Part shown: positions 23,765-32,000 of the stretch, piece by piece
Position numbering within the stretch: the stretch's first letter is position 1
Layout of the letters: each line of letters starts with the position of its first letter
Source: Coprobacillaceae bacterium
Lineage (GTDB): Bacteria; Bacillota_I; Bacilli_A; Erysipelotrichales; Coprobacillaceae
Length of the DNA stretch: 32,000 bases
Assembly (NCBI GenBank): GCA_963675515.1
Contig: OY776328.1
Coordinates: 30,001 to 62,000, forward strand
Direction: 5' to 3'
Notes under the pieces: generated by a model
The model's input: only the letters and a program-made list of their open reading frames with translations
Told to the model about the DNA's origin: nothing
Database searches by the model: none
Translations under genes and position numbers: made by a program

Positions 23765-24705
23765 TCCTCAAGTTTCATGAGCGACTTTGCCATCTCATGG
23801 ACTTTCTTGAACCGCCTGGATATGCTGGCTTTGGAAATCGGATGGCCGTTGAGTTCGAAGTAGATCTCGCCTAGTTCATTGAGCGTGCTTTCGGGATTGT
23901 CGAGCCTGATCTGGCAAAGGTCCTGGGATATTTCATCCAGGGTATCGAGCGAGTCGAACATCATGATGACATTGATGTCGTTGATTTGCTGGTTTGCGGC
24001 ATTGATGGTCTTGACCTCGTTGGCGATGTCACAGTTGTTCCAGCGGTTGACCGTATTCATCATCGAACGGTCGATTCTTGTGCTCTCGAACTGCATCACC
24101 GACTGGCTTGCCCCGATCGCCCTGAGGAAATCGCCAATCTTCTCGGATGATTTGAGATAGACGACATACTTGTTGCGCCGCGTAGTCATCTTCGCATGTA
24201 GTTCGTAGTTGTTCATCAGCTCCATGACGAAAGATGCATATTCATCGTCCATGAATGTCATTTCCAGATGATAGTTTGATGTGTCGGGGTTGTTGACGGA
24301 TCCGCTGCTTAGAAAGGCACCGGCCAAATACGCCCTCTTGCAGCAATCCTTTTTCAGCAACGACATCTGTGGCACAGCCGCAAAGCCGATATTGGACAGC
24401 AGTTTGAGGTCGTCAAGGATCTCGCGGGCCTTGGTCACTTTCAACTGATATACATTGTTCTTTTTAAGTTTCATTTTGCGGGAAACCAGAAATTCGATAT
24501 TGGGACTGTAAAGAGCCTTTAGCATCCTGTGAAGTTTCGAGGCGATTTTGGCATTTTCGGTCCTGATGGTCAGGGACAATCCTTGGGAATTCAATGACAA
24601 GGTTCCATTGATTTTTATGACCGCCATAAGCAACGCCTTGGAGCAGCATTTGTCAAAATCGTTGAGCACAACCTCTTCCTTGACTATTCTTGAAAAAGTG
24701 ATCAT
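23761..24705 (-). CDS. whiA: DNA-binding protein WhiA
   Basis: The product is about 314 aa. The N-terminus F..IVKEEV..., degenerate LAGLIDADG-like halves (RAYLAGAFLSSGSV) and a C-terminal HTH (ISKASISRRFKK) fit WhiA. The gene directly follows rapZ. The ATG at 24705 is preferred over the TTG at 24708. Confidence 0.85.
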   Translation of the reverse strand: MITFSRIVKEEVVLNDFDKCCSKALLMAVIKINGTLSLNSQGLSLTIRTENAKIASKLHRMLKALYSPNIEFLVSRKMKLKKNNVYQLKVTKAREILDDLKLLSNIGFAAVPQMSLLKKDCCKRAYLAGAFLSSGSVNNPDTSNYHLEMTFMDDEYASFVMELMNNYELHAKMTTRRNKYVVYLKSSEKIGDFLRAIGASQSVMQFESTRIDRSMMNTVNRWNNCDIANEVKTINAANQQINDINVIMMFDSLDTLDEISQDLCQIRLDNPESTLNELGEIYFELNGHPISKASISRRFKKVHEMAKSLMKLEE

Positions 24706-25553
24706 CAATCGACGGCATCGCGATGGAACCGATACACGCGATATGCTCCTTTATAATGATCCGCAAAATAGTTGGCCAATGACACGGAACGGTGTTGTCC
24801 TCCCGTGCAGCCGATCCCGACGGTCAGATGCTGCTTTCCTTCCAATACGTACTGCTCGAGCAGGTAATCCAGGAGTTGCTTGAGCCTTTCGATGAAGATC
24901 TGAGTTTCGTTTTTAGAAATGACGTAATCGTATACTTCCTTGTTGTTGCCAGTCAGCGGCCGCAGCTCATCGACATAGAAAGGATTAGGCAAAAAACGGA
25001 CGTCGAAAAGCAAATCGGCATCGCGCGGTACCCCGTTCTTGTAGCCAAACGACTCGAACGTTATGGTCATTCCCCGGCTTTGTTCCTGATCGTAATACTC
25101 CATCAGTATGCTCTGGAATCTTTGTTTCTTCAAATTCGTGGTATCGATTATGTAATTGGCCAGCTTGACAACCTGGTTGGAATCCTCCCTTTCAACCGTG
25201 ATGGCATCAAGCAGTGACGAGACCTTGTTGGAAATCATCAAAGGATGAATCCGCCTCGATTCCTTATACCGCTTGATCAGAACCTCGTTGGAGCAATCGA
25301 GGAAAAGCACCGAAACCTTGAGCCACTCCATATTTTCCAAAATCATGATCGCTTCCTGGGCTTCTTCGATCTGGACCGCCAAGGCAACTTTACCTGTTGT
25401 TGCCATACCTTTAAGATACTCGCCAAACTCCGGTAAAAGCACCACAGGATAATTGTCGATACATCGATAGGCCATTGTTTCAAAAGCCTCCATGGCCGAG
25501 GTTTTCCCCGCCCCGGACATCCCGGTCACAATGACCACTTCATTTTTGTCCAT
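24705..25553 (-). CDS. rapZ: RNase adapter / nucleotide-binding protein RapZ (YvcJ family)
   Basis: It has the Walker A motif VIVTGMSGAGKTSA near the N-terminus and the C-terminal IGCTGGQHRSV motif. I prefer the start at 25553 (MDKNEVV, SD AGGTGA upstream); the longer listed ORF start is unlikely. Confidence 0.85.
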   Translation of the reverse strand: MDKNEVVIVTGMSGAGKTSAMEAFETMAYRCIDNYPVVLLPEFGEYLKGMATTGKVALAVQIEEAQEAIMILENMEWLKVSVLFLDCSNEVLIKRYKESRRIHPLMISNKVSSLLDAITVEREDSNQVVKLANYIIDTTNLKKQRFQSILMEYYDQEQSRGMTITFESFGYKNGVPRDADLLFDVRFLPNPFYVDELRPLTGNNKEVYDYVISKNETQIFIERLKQLLDYLLEQYVLEGKQHLTVGIGCTGGQHRSVSLANYFADHYKGAYRVYRFHRDAVD

Positions 25554-25639
25554 TCCCATCACCTGCCTTTGCACCATTATAGCATAGATGCACATGATTT
25601 TCTTATATTATCACAATGAAATTTTGCCGGCCTTTCACA

Positions 25640-25668
25640 TTGACATTCGTCGATTTGTGAAGTACAAT
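25640..25668 (+). promoter_or_regulatory. Sigma-A type promoter for the arsC-like gene
   Basis: TTGACA (25640-25645), a 17-nt spacer and TACAAT (25663-25668) lie about 25 nt upstream of the RBS AAAGGAG and the ATG at 25693. Confidence 0.65.
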
Positions 25669-25692
25669 GATAGCATCAAAGGAGATGTTAAT

Positions 25693-26103
25693 ATGGAAAA
25701 AGTTAAAGTTGCCTTTATCTGCATCCACAACTCATGCCGTTCCCAAATGGCCGAGGGATGGGCAAAAAAGCTGGGCGGCGATGTCATTGAAGCATATTCG
25801 GCCGGAACTGAAGACTATCCCGAAGTCAAACCCGGGGCAGTCCAAGTTATGGAGGAAGCCGGGGTTTCCATGAAGGACCATCACCCCAAACTGCTAAAAG
25901 ACATTCCCCCTGTAGATATTGTCATCACTATGGGTTGTGGCGTAGAGTGTCCTTATCTTCCTTCAAAACACCGTGAAGACTGGGGACTTGAAGACCCTTC
26001 AGGAAAACCGATCGAGGAATTCATCAAGACCCGTGATTTGATCAAGGAAAAAGTATTGGAACTGATCAGAAGAATCGAGGAAAATACAATATTTGAAAAC
26101 TAG
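25693..26103 (+). CDS. arsC: Low-molecular-weight phosphatase-family arsenate reductase (thioredoxin-coupled ArsC-like)
   Basis: It has MEKVKVAFICIHNSCRSQMAEGWAKK (CX5R(S/T) P-loop), ...SAGTE... and TMGCGVECPYLP...EDWGLEDP. I prefer the start at 25693; the listed ORF start at 25588 has no RBS. Confidence 0.7.
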   Translation: MEKVKVAFICIHNSCRSQMAEGWAKKLGGDVIEAYSAGTEDYPEVKPGAVQVMEEAGVSMKDHHPKLLKDIPPVDIVITMGCGVECPYLPSKHREDWGLEDPSGKPIEEFIKTRDLIKEKVLELIRRIEENTIFEN

Positions 26104-26126
26104 CCGCCAATAATGCGGCTTTTTTG
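26102..26126 (+). terminator. Intrinsic terminator after arsC
   Basis: GCCGC-CAATAAT-GCGGC followed by TTTTTTG overlaps the arsC stop codon. Confidence 0.7.
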
Positions 26127-26142
26127 TTTTCTTAAGCACATG

Positions 26143-26170
26143 AAAAAAGACCGAATCAGCAGATTCAGTC
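26143..26170 (-). terminator. Intrinsic terminator after trxB
   Basis: The minus strand reads GACTGAATC-TGCT-GATTCGGTC (9 bp including one G-U) followed by TTTTTT. The stem includes the trxB stop codon. Confidence 0.8.
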
Positions 26171-27070
26171 CAGAAGTGATGAGATTTTTTGACCGGCGAT
26201 AGCTCCGTCATTTGTCGCAGTGACGACCTGGCGCAAAACTTTCTGGCGGACGTCACCGGCCGCAAATACCAGCGGCACTTTGGTAGCCATGGATTCGTCA
26301 GTGATGACATAACCATGCTCGTCAAGGATTCCCAGGTTCTTCGCAAATTCGCTGACCGGCAACAATCCAAGATAAGGGAAGATTCCTTCCACAGCCACTT
26401 CGCTGATTTCTCCGGTATTCGAATCGGCCACACCGATCCCTGCCACCTTGCCGTCTTTTTCGACTATGTGGTGGGGTTTCTTTAGTTTGTGGACGACTAT
26501 CTTTTCATTTTTGGCCATCTTGTCCAGGGATATCTTGTCCGCCCTGAAAACATCACGCCGTATGAAGATATGGACCTTGCTTGCGAAATTGGTAAGATAC
26601 AAAGCCTCTTCAACCGCCGAATTGCCTCCGCCAACAACCGCCACTTCCTTGTCGCGATAAAAAGGCGCATCACATACAGCACAATAGGAAACTCCCCTTC
26701 CAGTGAGTTTTTCCTCGAGGTCGATTCCCATCTTTCTTTCACGGGTTCCCGAAGCGATCAATACCGCCTTGGATTTGTATGTTGCGTCGTCACAGACAAC
26801 TTCCTTGTGGTCCCCGGCATCTTTGATGTCGATGACATTGCCATAAACGTGCTCACCGCCAAAACTCAAGGCATGTTCGTAAAGCTCATAGGCCAGCTCA
26901 GGCCCGGTTTTCATTTTGATGCCAGGATAGTTTTCGATCTCGGCAGTCAGATTCAATTTGCCTCCGGGTGCTCCGTTGTCCAACACTATCGCCGACAGGC
27001 CAGCCCGGGTCGCGTAAAGCAGCGCCGACAGGCCAGCGGGACCCGCTCCGATTATCACTAAATCTTTCAT
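26165..27070 (-). CDS. trxB: Thioredoxin-disulfide reductase
   Basis: It contains MKDLVIIGAGPAGLSA (FAD GxGxxG), the redox-active CAVCDA motif, VVGGGNSAVEEA (NADPH site) and a C-terminal FAAGD. I prefer the start at 27070 with RBS GGAGGA. Confidence 0.9.
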   Translation of the reverse strand: MKDLVIIGAGPAGLSALLYATRAGLSAIVLDNGAPGGKLNLTAEIENYPGIKMKTGPELAYELYEHALSFGGEHVYGNVIDIKDAGDHKEVVCDDATYKSKAVLIASGTRERKMGIDLEEKLTGRGVSYCAVCDAPFYRDKEVAVVGGGNSAVEEALYLTNFASKVHIFIRRDVFRADKISLDKMAKNEKIVVHKLKKPHHIVEKDGKVAGIGVADSNTGEISEVAVEGIFPYLGLLPVSEFAKNLGILDEHGYVITDESMATKVPLVFAAGDVRQKVLRQVVTATNDGAIAGQKISSLLD

Positions 27071-27100
27071 TTCAATTCCTCCATGGTCTTTCGTGATTTT

Positions 27101-27128
27101 ATTATAACATCCGTCCAATATTGTTCAA
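27101..27128 (-). promoter_or_regulatory. Sigma-A type promoter for trxB
   Basis: The minus strand has TTGAAC (27128-27123), a 16-nt spacer and TATAAT (27106-27101). Confidence 0.6.
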
Positions 27129-27146
27129 TTGAAGTGCTTTATTATT

Positions 27147-28664
27147 TTACTGGGTGTCACGGTCAAAAAACTGGCTATGGTAGATGCATGTCGCCACCGC
27201 ATTCTTCCATCCCCGGTAATACATGGCCGCCTTTTCTTGGGTCATAAGCGGCACGAATTTCGACTGTCGTGTGGCTTGTTCATCAAGATGCTGTCCAATC
27301 CGATAGAAGCCGGTCGCCATCCCCGCCATCAACGCCGCCCCCAAAGCGGTTGTTTCGGCGATCTGGGCCCTGATCACTTCGGTTTGCAGGATATCCGCCT
27401 GGAATTGCATCAAAAAGTCGTTGCCCGTCACTTTTCCATCCACCTTCAGCATCCTGATGTCAATGCCGCTCTCAAAGACCATAACATCAAGGACATCCCT
27501 GGTCTGATAGGCCAAGGCCTCCAGCGCGGCCCGGACGAACGTGTTTTTCGATGTCGCTCCGGTGAGTCCGACAATCAGACCACGGCTTTGGTAGTTCCAG
27601 TAGGGCGCTCCAAGTCCCACAAAAGCCGGAACGAAATAGACATTCTCGTTGTCATTGATCCGATTCGCCATTTCGCTGGTCTGACCCGGTTTTTCGAAAA
27701 GGCCAAGGCCCTTTTGCAGCCATTTGATGGCGCTGCCGGCCACAAACACCGAACCTTCCAGGGCGTAGTTTACCTTGCCGTCAATGGCCCAGGCGATAGT
27801 AGTCAGCAAGCCTTTTTGCGATTTGATCGGATTTGATCCGGTGTTCATCAACAAGAAGCAACCAGTGCCATAAGTGTTTTTGACCATCCCGGATTGGAAA
27901 CAGCCATGGCCAAACAACGATGCCTGCTGGTCTCCGGCCATTGCCATGATATCCACTTCCAGGCCGTTCATGATTTCCTTGGACGTTGTTCCAAAATATC
28001 CGCTTGAATCCTTCACTACAGGCAGCATCGATAAAGGAATGTCCAGAATCCCAAGCAACTCACTGTCCCATTGCAAATCGTAGATATTGAAAACAAGCGT
28101 CCGGCTGGCATTAGTGAAGTCGGTGGCATGGACTGCCCCGTCAGTCAGCCGGTAAAGCAGCCAGGTATCGACGGTTCCAAAAAGCAGTTCTTCCGCCTCG
28201 GCTTTCCCTCTGGCCCCTGGCACATTGTCGAGAATCCATTTTATCTTTGTCGCTGAAAAGTATGGATCAATCACCAATCCGGTCTTGTCTTTGAACAGTT
28301 TCTCGTGACCCTCGTCTTTTAGCTTTTCACAAATCCGGTCGGACTGGCGCGATTGCCAGATTATCGCATTGTAGACCGGCTGGCCGGTAACCTTGTCAAA
28401 CACTACCGCCGTCTCTCTTTGATTGGTTATTCCGATGCTTTCGATCAGGGAGAATTCGATCCCGGCTTTTTCAATCGCGGCAAAAATGCATTCCCGGACA
28501 CTCGCAAATATCTCACCGGCATCCTGCTCAACCCAACCGTCATGGGGATAACTGGTCGTTACTTCCTTCTGGGCAATTGCGACAACCGCCCTGTTCGAAT
28601 CAAAAATCACCACCCGGGAAGAGGTTGTTCCCTGGTCGATTGCGATGACGTACTTTTCCATCAT
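27147..28664 (-). CDS. glpK: Glycerol kinase
   Basis: The 505-aa product contains YVIAIDQGTTSSR, ...GITNQRET..., NTYGTGCF and GDQQASLFG, the FGGY-family glycerol kinase motifs. Confidence 0.95.
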   Translation of the reverse strand: MMEKYVIAIDQGTTSSRVVIFDSNRAVVAIAQKEVTTSYPHDGWVEQDAGEIFASVRECIFAAIEKAGIEFSLIESIGITNQRETAVVFDKVTGQPVYNAIIWQSRQSDRICEKLKDEGHEKLFKDKTGLVIDPYFSATKIKWILDNVPGARGKAEAEELLFGTVDTWLLYRLTDGAVHATDFTNASRTLVFNIYDLQWDSELLGILDIPLSMLPVVKDSSGYFGTTSKEIMNGLEVDIMAMAGDQQASLFGHGCFQSGMVKNTYGTGCFLLMNTGSNPIKSQKGLLTTIAWAIDGKVNYALEGSVFVAGSAIKWLQKGLGLFEKPGQTSEMANRINDNENVYFVPAFVGLGAPYWNYQSRGLIVGLTGATSKNTFVRAALEALAYQTRDVLDVMVFESGIDIRMLKVDGKVTGNDFLMQFQADILQTEVIRAQIAETTALGAALMAGMATGFYRIGQHLDEQATRQSKFVPLMTQEKAAMYYRGWKNAVATCIYHSQFFDRDTQ

Positions 28665-28734
28665 GGCGCCCCCTTAATCATATCCTATATACAATTTTAC
28701 CACTGTTTCATTGTTTTTTAAAGATTCCTCAAGG

Positions 28735-28756
28735 CAAAAAAAGGCAATGAATGCCT
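28735..28756 (-). terminator. Probable intrinsic terminator after the 265-aa gene
   Basis: The minus strand reads AGGCA-TTCAT-TGCCT followed by TTTTTTT. The stem is short (5 bp) and overlaps the stop codon. Confidence 0.55.
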
Positions 28757-29552
28757 AATTCTGGTCAAAACGGATGATTTTCTCAACCCGGTTGAAAACC
28801 TGTTCGTTTACCATCATGTTCAAGGATACCGGATTGAAAATCAGGCTGTCGACATTCTTCGACATTGCCTGCAGGTCATGGTAGCTTACTGTCAGGGTTG
28901 TGAACTCCTGTTTCTGGTTGAACGCCGCAAACTCGAAGATGTCGCTGAACACGAATTGCGCCTTTTTTCCATCCTTGTTTGTGAAGATCGGTATCTCGAA
29001 TTGGGATTTGCCATCAGCGCTTTGTTCATCCCTTTTTCCTTTTACCGGGATCAGGAACTGGGCCGCCCCGAATTTCTTCAAAAAAGCGGCCTCATCCTGA
29101 TTGGTCGCCTTGTTAGACCGGGCTTTTTCGATGAATGAGCATGCCCGAAGCAGCAGCTCACTATTGTCCAGCCTGGCCTGGGGAACCGCTTCAAAAATCT
29201 CATCGACCTTCACGATGACCGTCTGGTCTTTTACCACCAGCTCAAGCAACTCGATTCCGCAACGGCGGATATCCCCGGCAAGAAACGAGCGGTTGTCGGC
29301 CTTGGTTCCCATACCCAATACCTTGATACCATCCTGATCAAGCTGTTTTTGATATTCATCGAAATCTTCCTTGGCCAGGAACATCTTGGTGCATGGACGC
29401 CCCAGGTAATCTTCCAGATAATAAAGGCGTGTGTTCTTTGAGCGGACAAAAATCAGGTTCTCCATCGATTTGCCCTTTTCCAGCAATTCAAGATACACTT
29501 CTTCTTCATAGCTTGATTCATATTGTTCAATTAGATTTCTCAACTCTTCCAT
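28755..29552 (-). CDS. Hypothetical cytoplasmic protein (265 aa), possibly SseB-like
   Basis: It is an intact ORF with an RBS (AAGGGGAG) and no TM segments. Each half has a weak pattern (L[IF][IF]V/P...F[LST]..[ED][DF]..) reminiscent of SseB-family proteins. The assignment is from memory only. Confidence 0.35.
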   Translation of the reverse strand: MEELRNLIEQYESSYEEEVYLELLEKGKSMENLIFVRSKNTRLYYLEDYLGRPCTKMFLAKEDFDEYQKQLDQDGIKVLGMGTKADNRSFLAGDIRRCGIELLELVVKDQTVIVKVDEIFEAVPQARLDNSELLLRACSFIEKARSNKATNQDEAAFLKKFGAAQFLIPVKGKRDEQSADGKSQFEIPIFTNKDGKKAQFVFSDIFEFAAFNQKQEFTTLTVSYHDLQAMSKNVDSLIFNPVSLNMMVNEQVFNRVEKIIRFDQN

Positions 29553-29617
29553 ATTGTCTCCCCTTCAACTATAAGAATTATAACACATAATTGCGAAAAA
29601 TTAAAAGAATCATCAAG

Positions 29618-30271
29618 TCAGCTTCTCGATGATTCCCCGATTATTATTGATTCAATTTGTTCAAAGCTGTCAACCAGATAGTCGGCTCCGGCTTTGATGA
29701 TATGGTCGAAACCTTTGGGGCTCCATTTCACCCCGACACTGGCTATGTTCGCATTTTTGGCAGCCATGATGTCCGTATCGTTGTCACCGATGTAAATCCC
29801 TTTGCGGGTCTTCAATCTGTTAAGTACGTAATTGATGCCCTCGGGATCCGGCTTGGACTTGGATACCTGGTCCGCTCCGATGACAAGATCAAAGTAGTGT
29901 CGCAGGTTGAACATATCGAGACCCAGATAAGCCGATTCCTGGAATTTGGTTGTTACGATTGCCAGGCGATATCCCTTTTCCTTCAGTTTGGCCAGGGTCT
30001 TCTCGACTCCAGGATAGATGGTCACATACTTTTCGTGGATCTCATGATTGTATTTGCGGTAATCCCGGACACACTCTTCAACAACACCCCGTTCGAAATA
30101 GCGGCCAAAAGATGTCCTGAGGCTGGGACCCAAAAACGAATGGAGCTCCTCCTGGGTCAGATCATGACCGGGAAGATATTTGTTGAAAACAAATCTGAAA
30201 GTTTCAAAGATCAGGCTGTCGGTGTTGATCACCGTGCCGTCAAGATCGAAAATTACTGCCAAATCCATCAT
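29618..30271 (-). CDS. ppaX: HAD-superfamily hydrolase, PpaX-like pyrophosphatase/phosphoglycolate phosphatase type
   Basis: It has the HAD motifs IFDLDGT, ...VTTK... and GDNDTDIMAAKNA. Its position after hprK-lgt matches the conserved Bacillus-type hprK-lgt-(yvoD)-ppaX arrangement. Confidence 0.7.
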   Translation of the reverse strand: MMDLAVIFDLDGTVINTDSLIFETFRFVFNKYLPGHDLTQEELHSFLGPSLRTSFGRYFERGVVEECVRDYRKYNHEIHEKYVTIYPGVEKTLAKLKEKGYRLAIVTTKFQESAYLGLDMFNLRHYFDLVIGADQVSKSKPDPEGINYVLNRLKTRKGIYIGDNDTDIMAAKNANIASVGVKWSPKGFDHIIKAGADYLVDSFEQIESIIIGESSRS

Positions 30272-31059
30272 TGCCTCCTTGTTTTATTGACTACCACATA
30301 AGCCATTCCCGCAATTCCCACAATCACGAAGACAACCGATGTCAGCTGAGCCATCCGCAGTCCCAGGAAATAGAGGCTGTCGGTCCGCAATCCTTCAACG
30401 AAGAAACGGATGATGCCATACCAGATGAAATAGCTGAAGAATTCCATCCCCTGATATTTTGCGGTTTTCTTGACAACAAAGAATATAACCAGGAAACCGA
30501 CAATGTTCAATGCCGATTCGTACAGGAAGGTCGGATGATAATAGGTCCCGTTGATCGCCATTCCATCGATGATGAAATTTGGCAGGTGCAGGCTTTCCAG
30601 GAAGCTGCGGGTCACTTCCCCCCCATGGGCCTCCTGATTGAAAAAATTGCCCCAACGTCCAAATGCCTGCGCAACCAGGACCCCTGGCATGATGGCATCT
30701 CCAGCCTGCAGGAAATCAATGCCTTTTTTCTTGAAAAAATAATATGAAAAGATCAGTCCGGCGACAACCCCGCCTTGGATCGCCAGGCCACCATGGTCTA
30801 TCCTGAATATTTCCACGAAATCATTTGAATATATTCCATCCCACATGAACGCGACATACCAGAGTCGGGCTCCGATTATTCCGACAGGCATCAGATAGAA
30901 GACAAAGTCCGATAGGATCTCCTTATCAAAGCCCAGCTTCTTGAAATTATGCTGGGCGATCAGATAGGCCGCAACCACCCCGATCAGGATGAATACCGCA
31001 TAATACTGGATCGAGATCGGCCCTAACTGGAAGAACGTCTGCCGGTCGACAAAAAACAT
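30268..31059 (-). CDS. lgt: Prolipoprotein diacylglyceryl transferase
   Basis: It is a polytopic membrane protein with IQYYAV..., GARLWYV, HGGLAIQGG and AFGRWGNFFNQEAHG (the Lgt signature). The ATG at 31059 overlaps the hprK stop; a GTG at 31062 is an alternative start. Confidence 0.9.
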   Translation of the reverse strand: MFFVDRQTFFQLGPISIQYYAVFILIGVVAAYLIAQHNFKKLGFDKEILSDFVFYLMPVGIIGARLWYVAFMWDGIYSNDFVEIFRIDHGGLAIQGGVVAGLIFSYYFFKKKGIDFLQAGDAIMPGVLVAQAFGRWGNFFNQEAHGGEVTRSFLESLHLPNFIIDGMAINGTYYHPTFLYESALNIVGFLVIFFVVKKTAKYQGMEFFSYFIWYGIIRFFVEGLRTDSLYFLGLRMAQLTSVVFVIVGIAGMAYVVVNKTRRQ

Positions 31060-32000
31060 CACTCGCTACCCTTGTTGGCGTCGATGTTGGCGAGAATCCG
31101 GTTGACAAATTCTTTCGATGAATCGACACCACTTTCCTTAAGGCGCATGTTCATTACCGCCGACTCGATGATTACCGCCATTGAACGTCCCGATGATACC
31201 GGAACGATAACTCTTGGAATCTCGATATCCAGAACTTCCTCGTATGACTGGATTTCATCAAGACCGAGACGGGCATATTCCCGTGATGGCACCCAGCGAT
31301 CGAGCTGGATGATAAGGTCCACATTGTCGTCCTCGAGAATCGATCCGATCCCGAACATCTTGGAAACGTCGATTACCCCGATTCCGCGTATTTCCAGAAG
31401 CGAATACAGCACCTTTGGCGCCCGGCCGACAATCTTCTGACCGAGATTGATCAGTTCGATCGCATCATCGGCTATAAGCAGATGACCCCGCTTGATCAAC
31501 TCCAATGCGATCTCGGATTTTCCGATTCCGGATTCACCTTTGATGATTACCCCTTTACCATAGATGTTGAGAAAAACCCCATGCATCAGGGTTTCCTTGG
31601 CCAGGGCGCGATCCAGCTTGTTTGTCAGATTCATCGATACCCGACCAGTCGCATATTCCGTTACGAAGATCGGGAAATTCTTCGCAATCGCCACATCCAT
31701 CAATATCGGCGGGCAAGTATAACCCTTGCAGATGATCACGCAAGGAGTTTCATCGTGGAGCAGCTTTGGAAATATTTCCTTTTGCCGATCTACGGTCATC
31801 TCGGAAATGAACGCCATTTCCTTGGCTCCCAGAACTATAAGTCGCTTGAATTCACTATTTTTAAAATATCCGGCAAGCTCGAACCCGGGACGATTGACCT
31901 CGGGGATAACGACTTCACGGTTCAATGATTCTTCATTACCCGTGATTTGGATGTATGAATCCAAGTTCAACAAATCACGGATCTTAATTGATTTTGCCAT
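31059..32000 (-). CDS. hprK: HPr kinase/phosphorylase
   Basis: The 313-aa product contains the Walker A motif GESGIGKSE and ...LEIRGIGVIDV... (the HprK signature). Its ATG sits exactly at the right edge of the window. Confidence 0.95.
   Translation of the reverse strand: MAKSIKIRDLLNLDSYIQITGNEESLNREVVIPEVNRPGFELAGYFKNSEFKRLIVLGAKEMAFISEMTVDRQKEIFPKLLHDETPCVIICKGYTCPPILMDVAIAKNFPIFVTEYATGRVSMNLTNKLDRALAKETLMHGVFLNIYGKGVIIKGESGIGKSEIALELIKRGHLLIADDAIELINLGQKIVGRAPKVLYSLLEIRGIGVIDVSKMFGIGSILEDDNVDLIIQLDRWVPSREYARLGLDEIQSYEEVLDIEIPRVIVPVSSGRSMAVIIESAVMNMRLKESGVDSSKEFVNRILANIDANKGSE

Noticed and set aside
25999-26433. 144-aa minus-strand ORF spanning the arsC 3' end, both terminators and the trxB 3' end
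   Set aside because: It is out of frame with trxB and crosses two terminator hairpins. It is W/R/S-rich and unlike a real protein.
27129-27836. 235-aa ORF on the plus strand, antisense to glpK
   Set aside because: It is a shadow ORF within a highly conserved glycerol kinase gene. It has no RBS or promoter, and the translation is rich in R/H/G/P with no recognisable motifs.
29657-30301. 214-aa ORF on the plus strand covering almost the whole ppaX gene in antisense
   Set aside because: The length is striking, but the minus-strand frame carries all HAD motifs and is translationally coupled to lgt. The antisense product has no motifs and no start context.

Overview
This looks like a chromosomal segment from a low-GC Gram-positive (Bacillota-type) genome. 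The evidence is the gene content: hprK-lgt-ppaX, rapZ-whiA, a T-box leader, and LicT/RAT antitermination. About 30 protein-coding units are packed tightly. All are on the minus strand except an IS transposase and an arsC-like gene. From high to low coordinates the window holds: hprK-lgt-ppaX; an unknown 265-aa gene; glpK; trxB (convergent with arsC); rapZ-whiA-XRE-small membrane protein; a zinc-ribbon/beta-propeller membrane protein coupled to murF-ddl; a Leu T-box leader driving leuA-ilvN-ilvC-leuC-leuD-leuB-ilvD-ilvB; a YitT-family membrane protein; pgk-tpiA; and a licT-bglP-bglA beta-glucoside operon. The most unusual region is that bgl operon, which carries two unrelated mobile elements. 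First, an IS1634-like insertion sequence splits licT and is flanked by a perfect 313-bp direct target duplication. Second, a group II intron runs off the left edge of the window and sits inside the GH1 phospho-beta-glucosidase gene, within the codon of the catalytic TFNE glutamate. I found no CRISPR array, rRNA or tRNA gene, prophage or recognisable defence island. I also cannot support any claim of a wholly new multi-gene system. The best candidates for uncharacterised biology are the zinc-ribbon/propeller gene fused into the murF-ddl operon and the XRE plus 2-TM pair appended to rapZ-whiA. All calls rest on reading the sequence and ORF translations by eye; no database searches were run.
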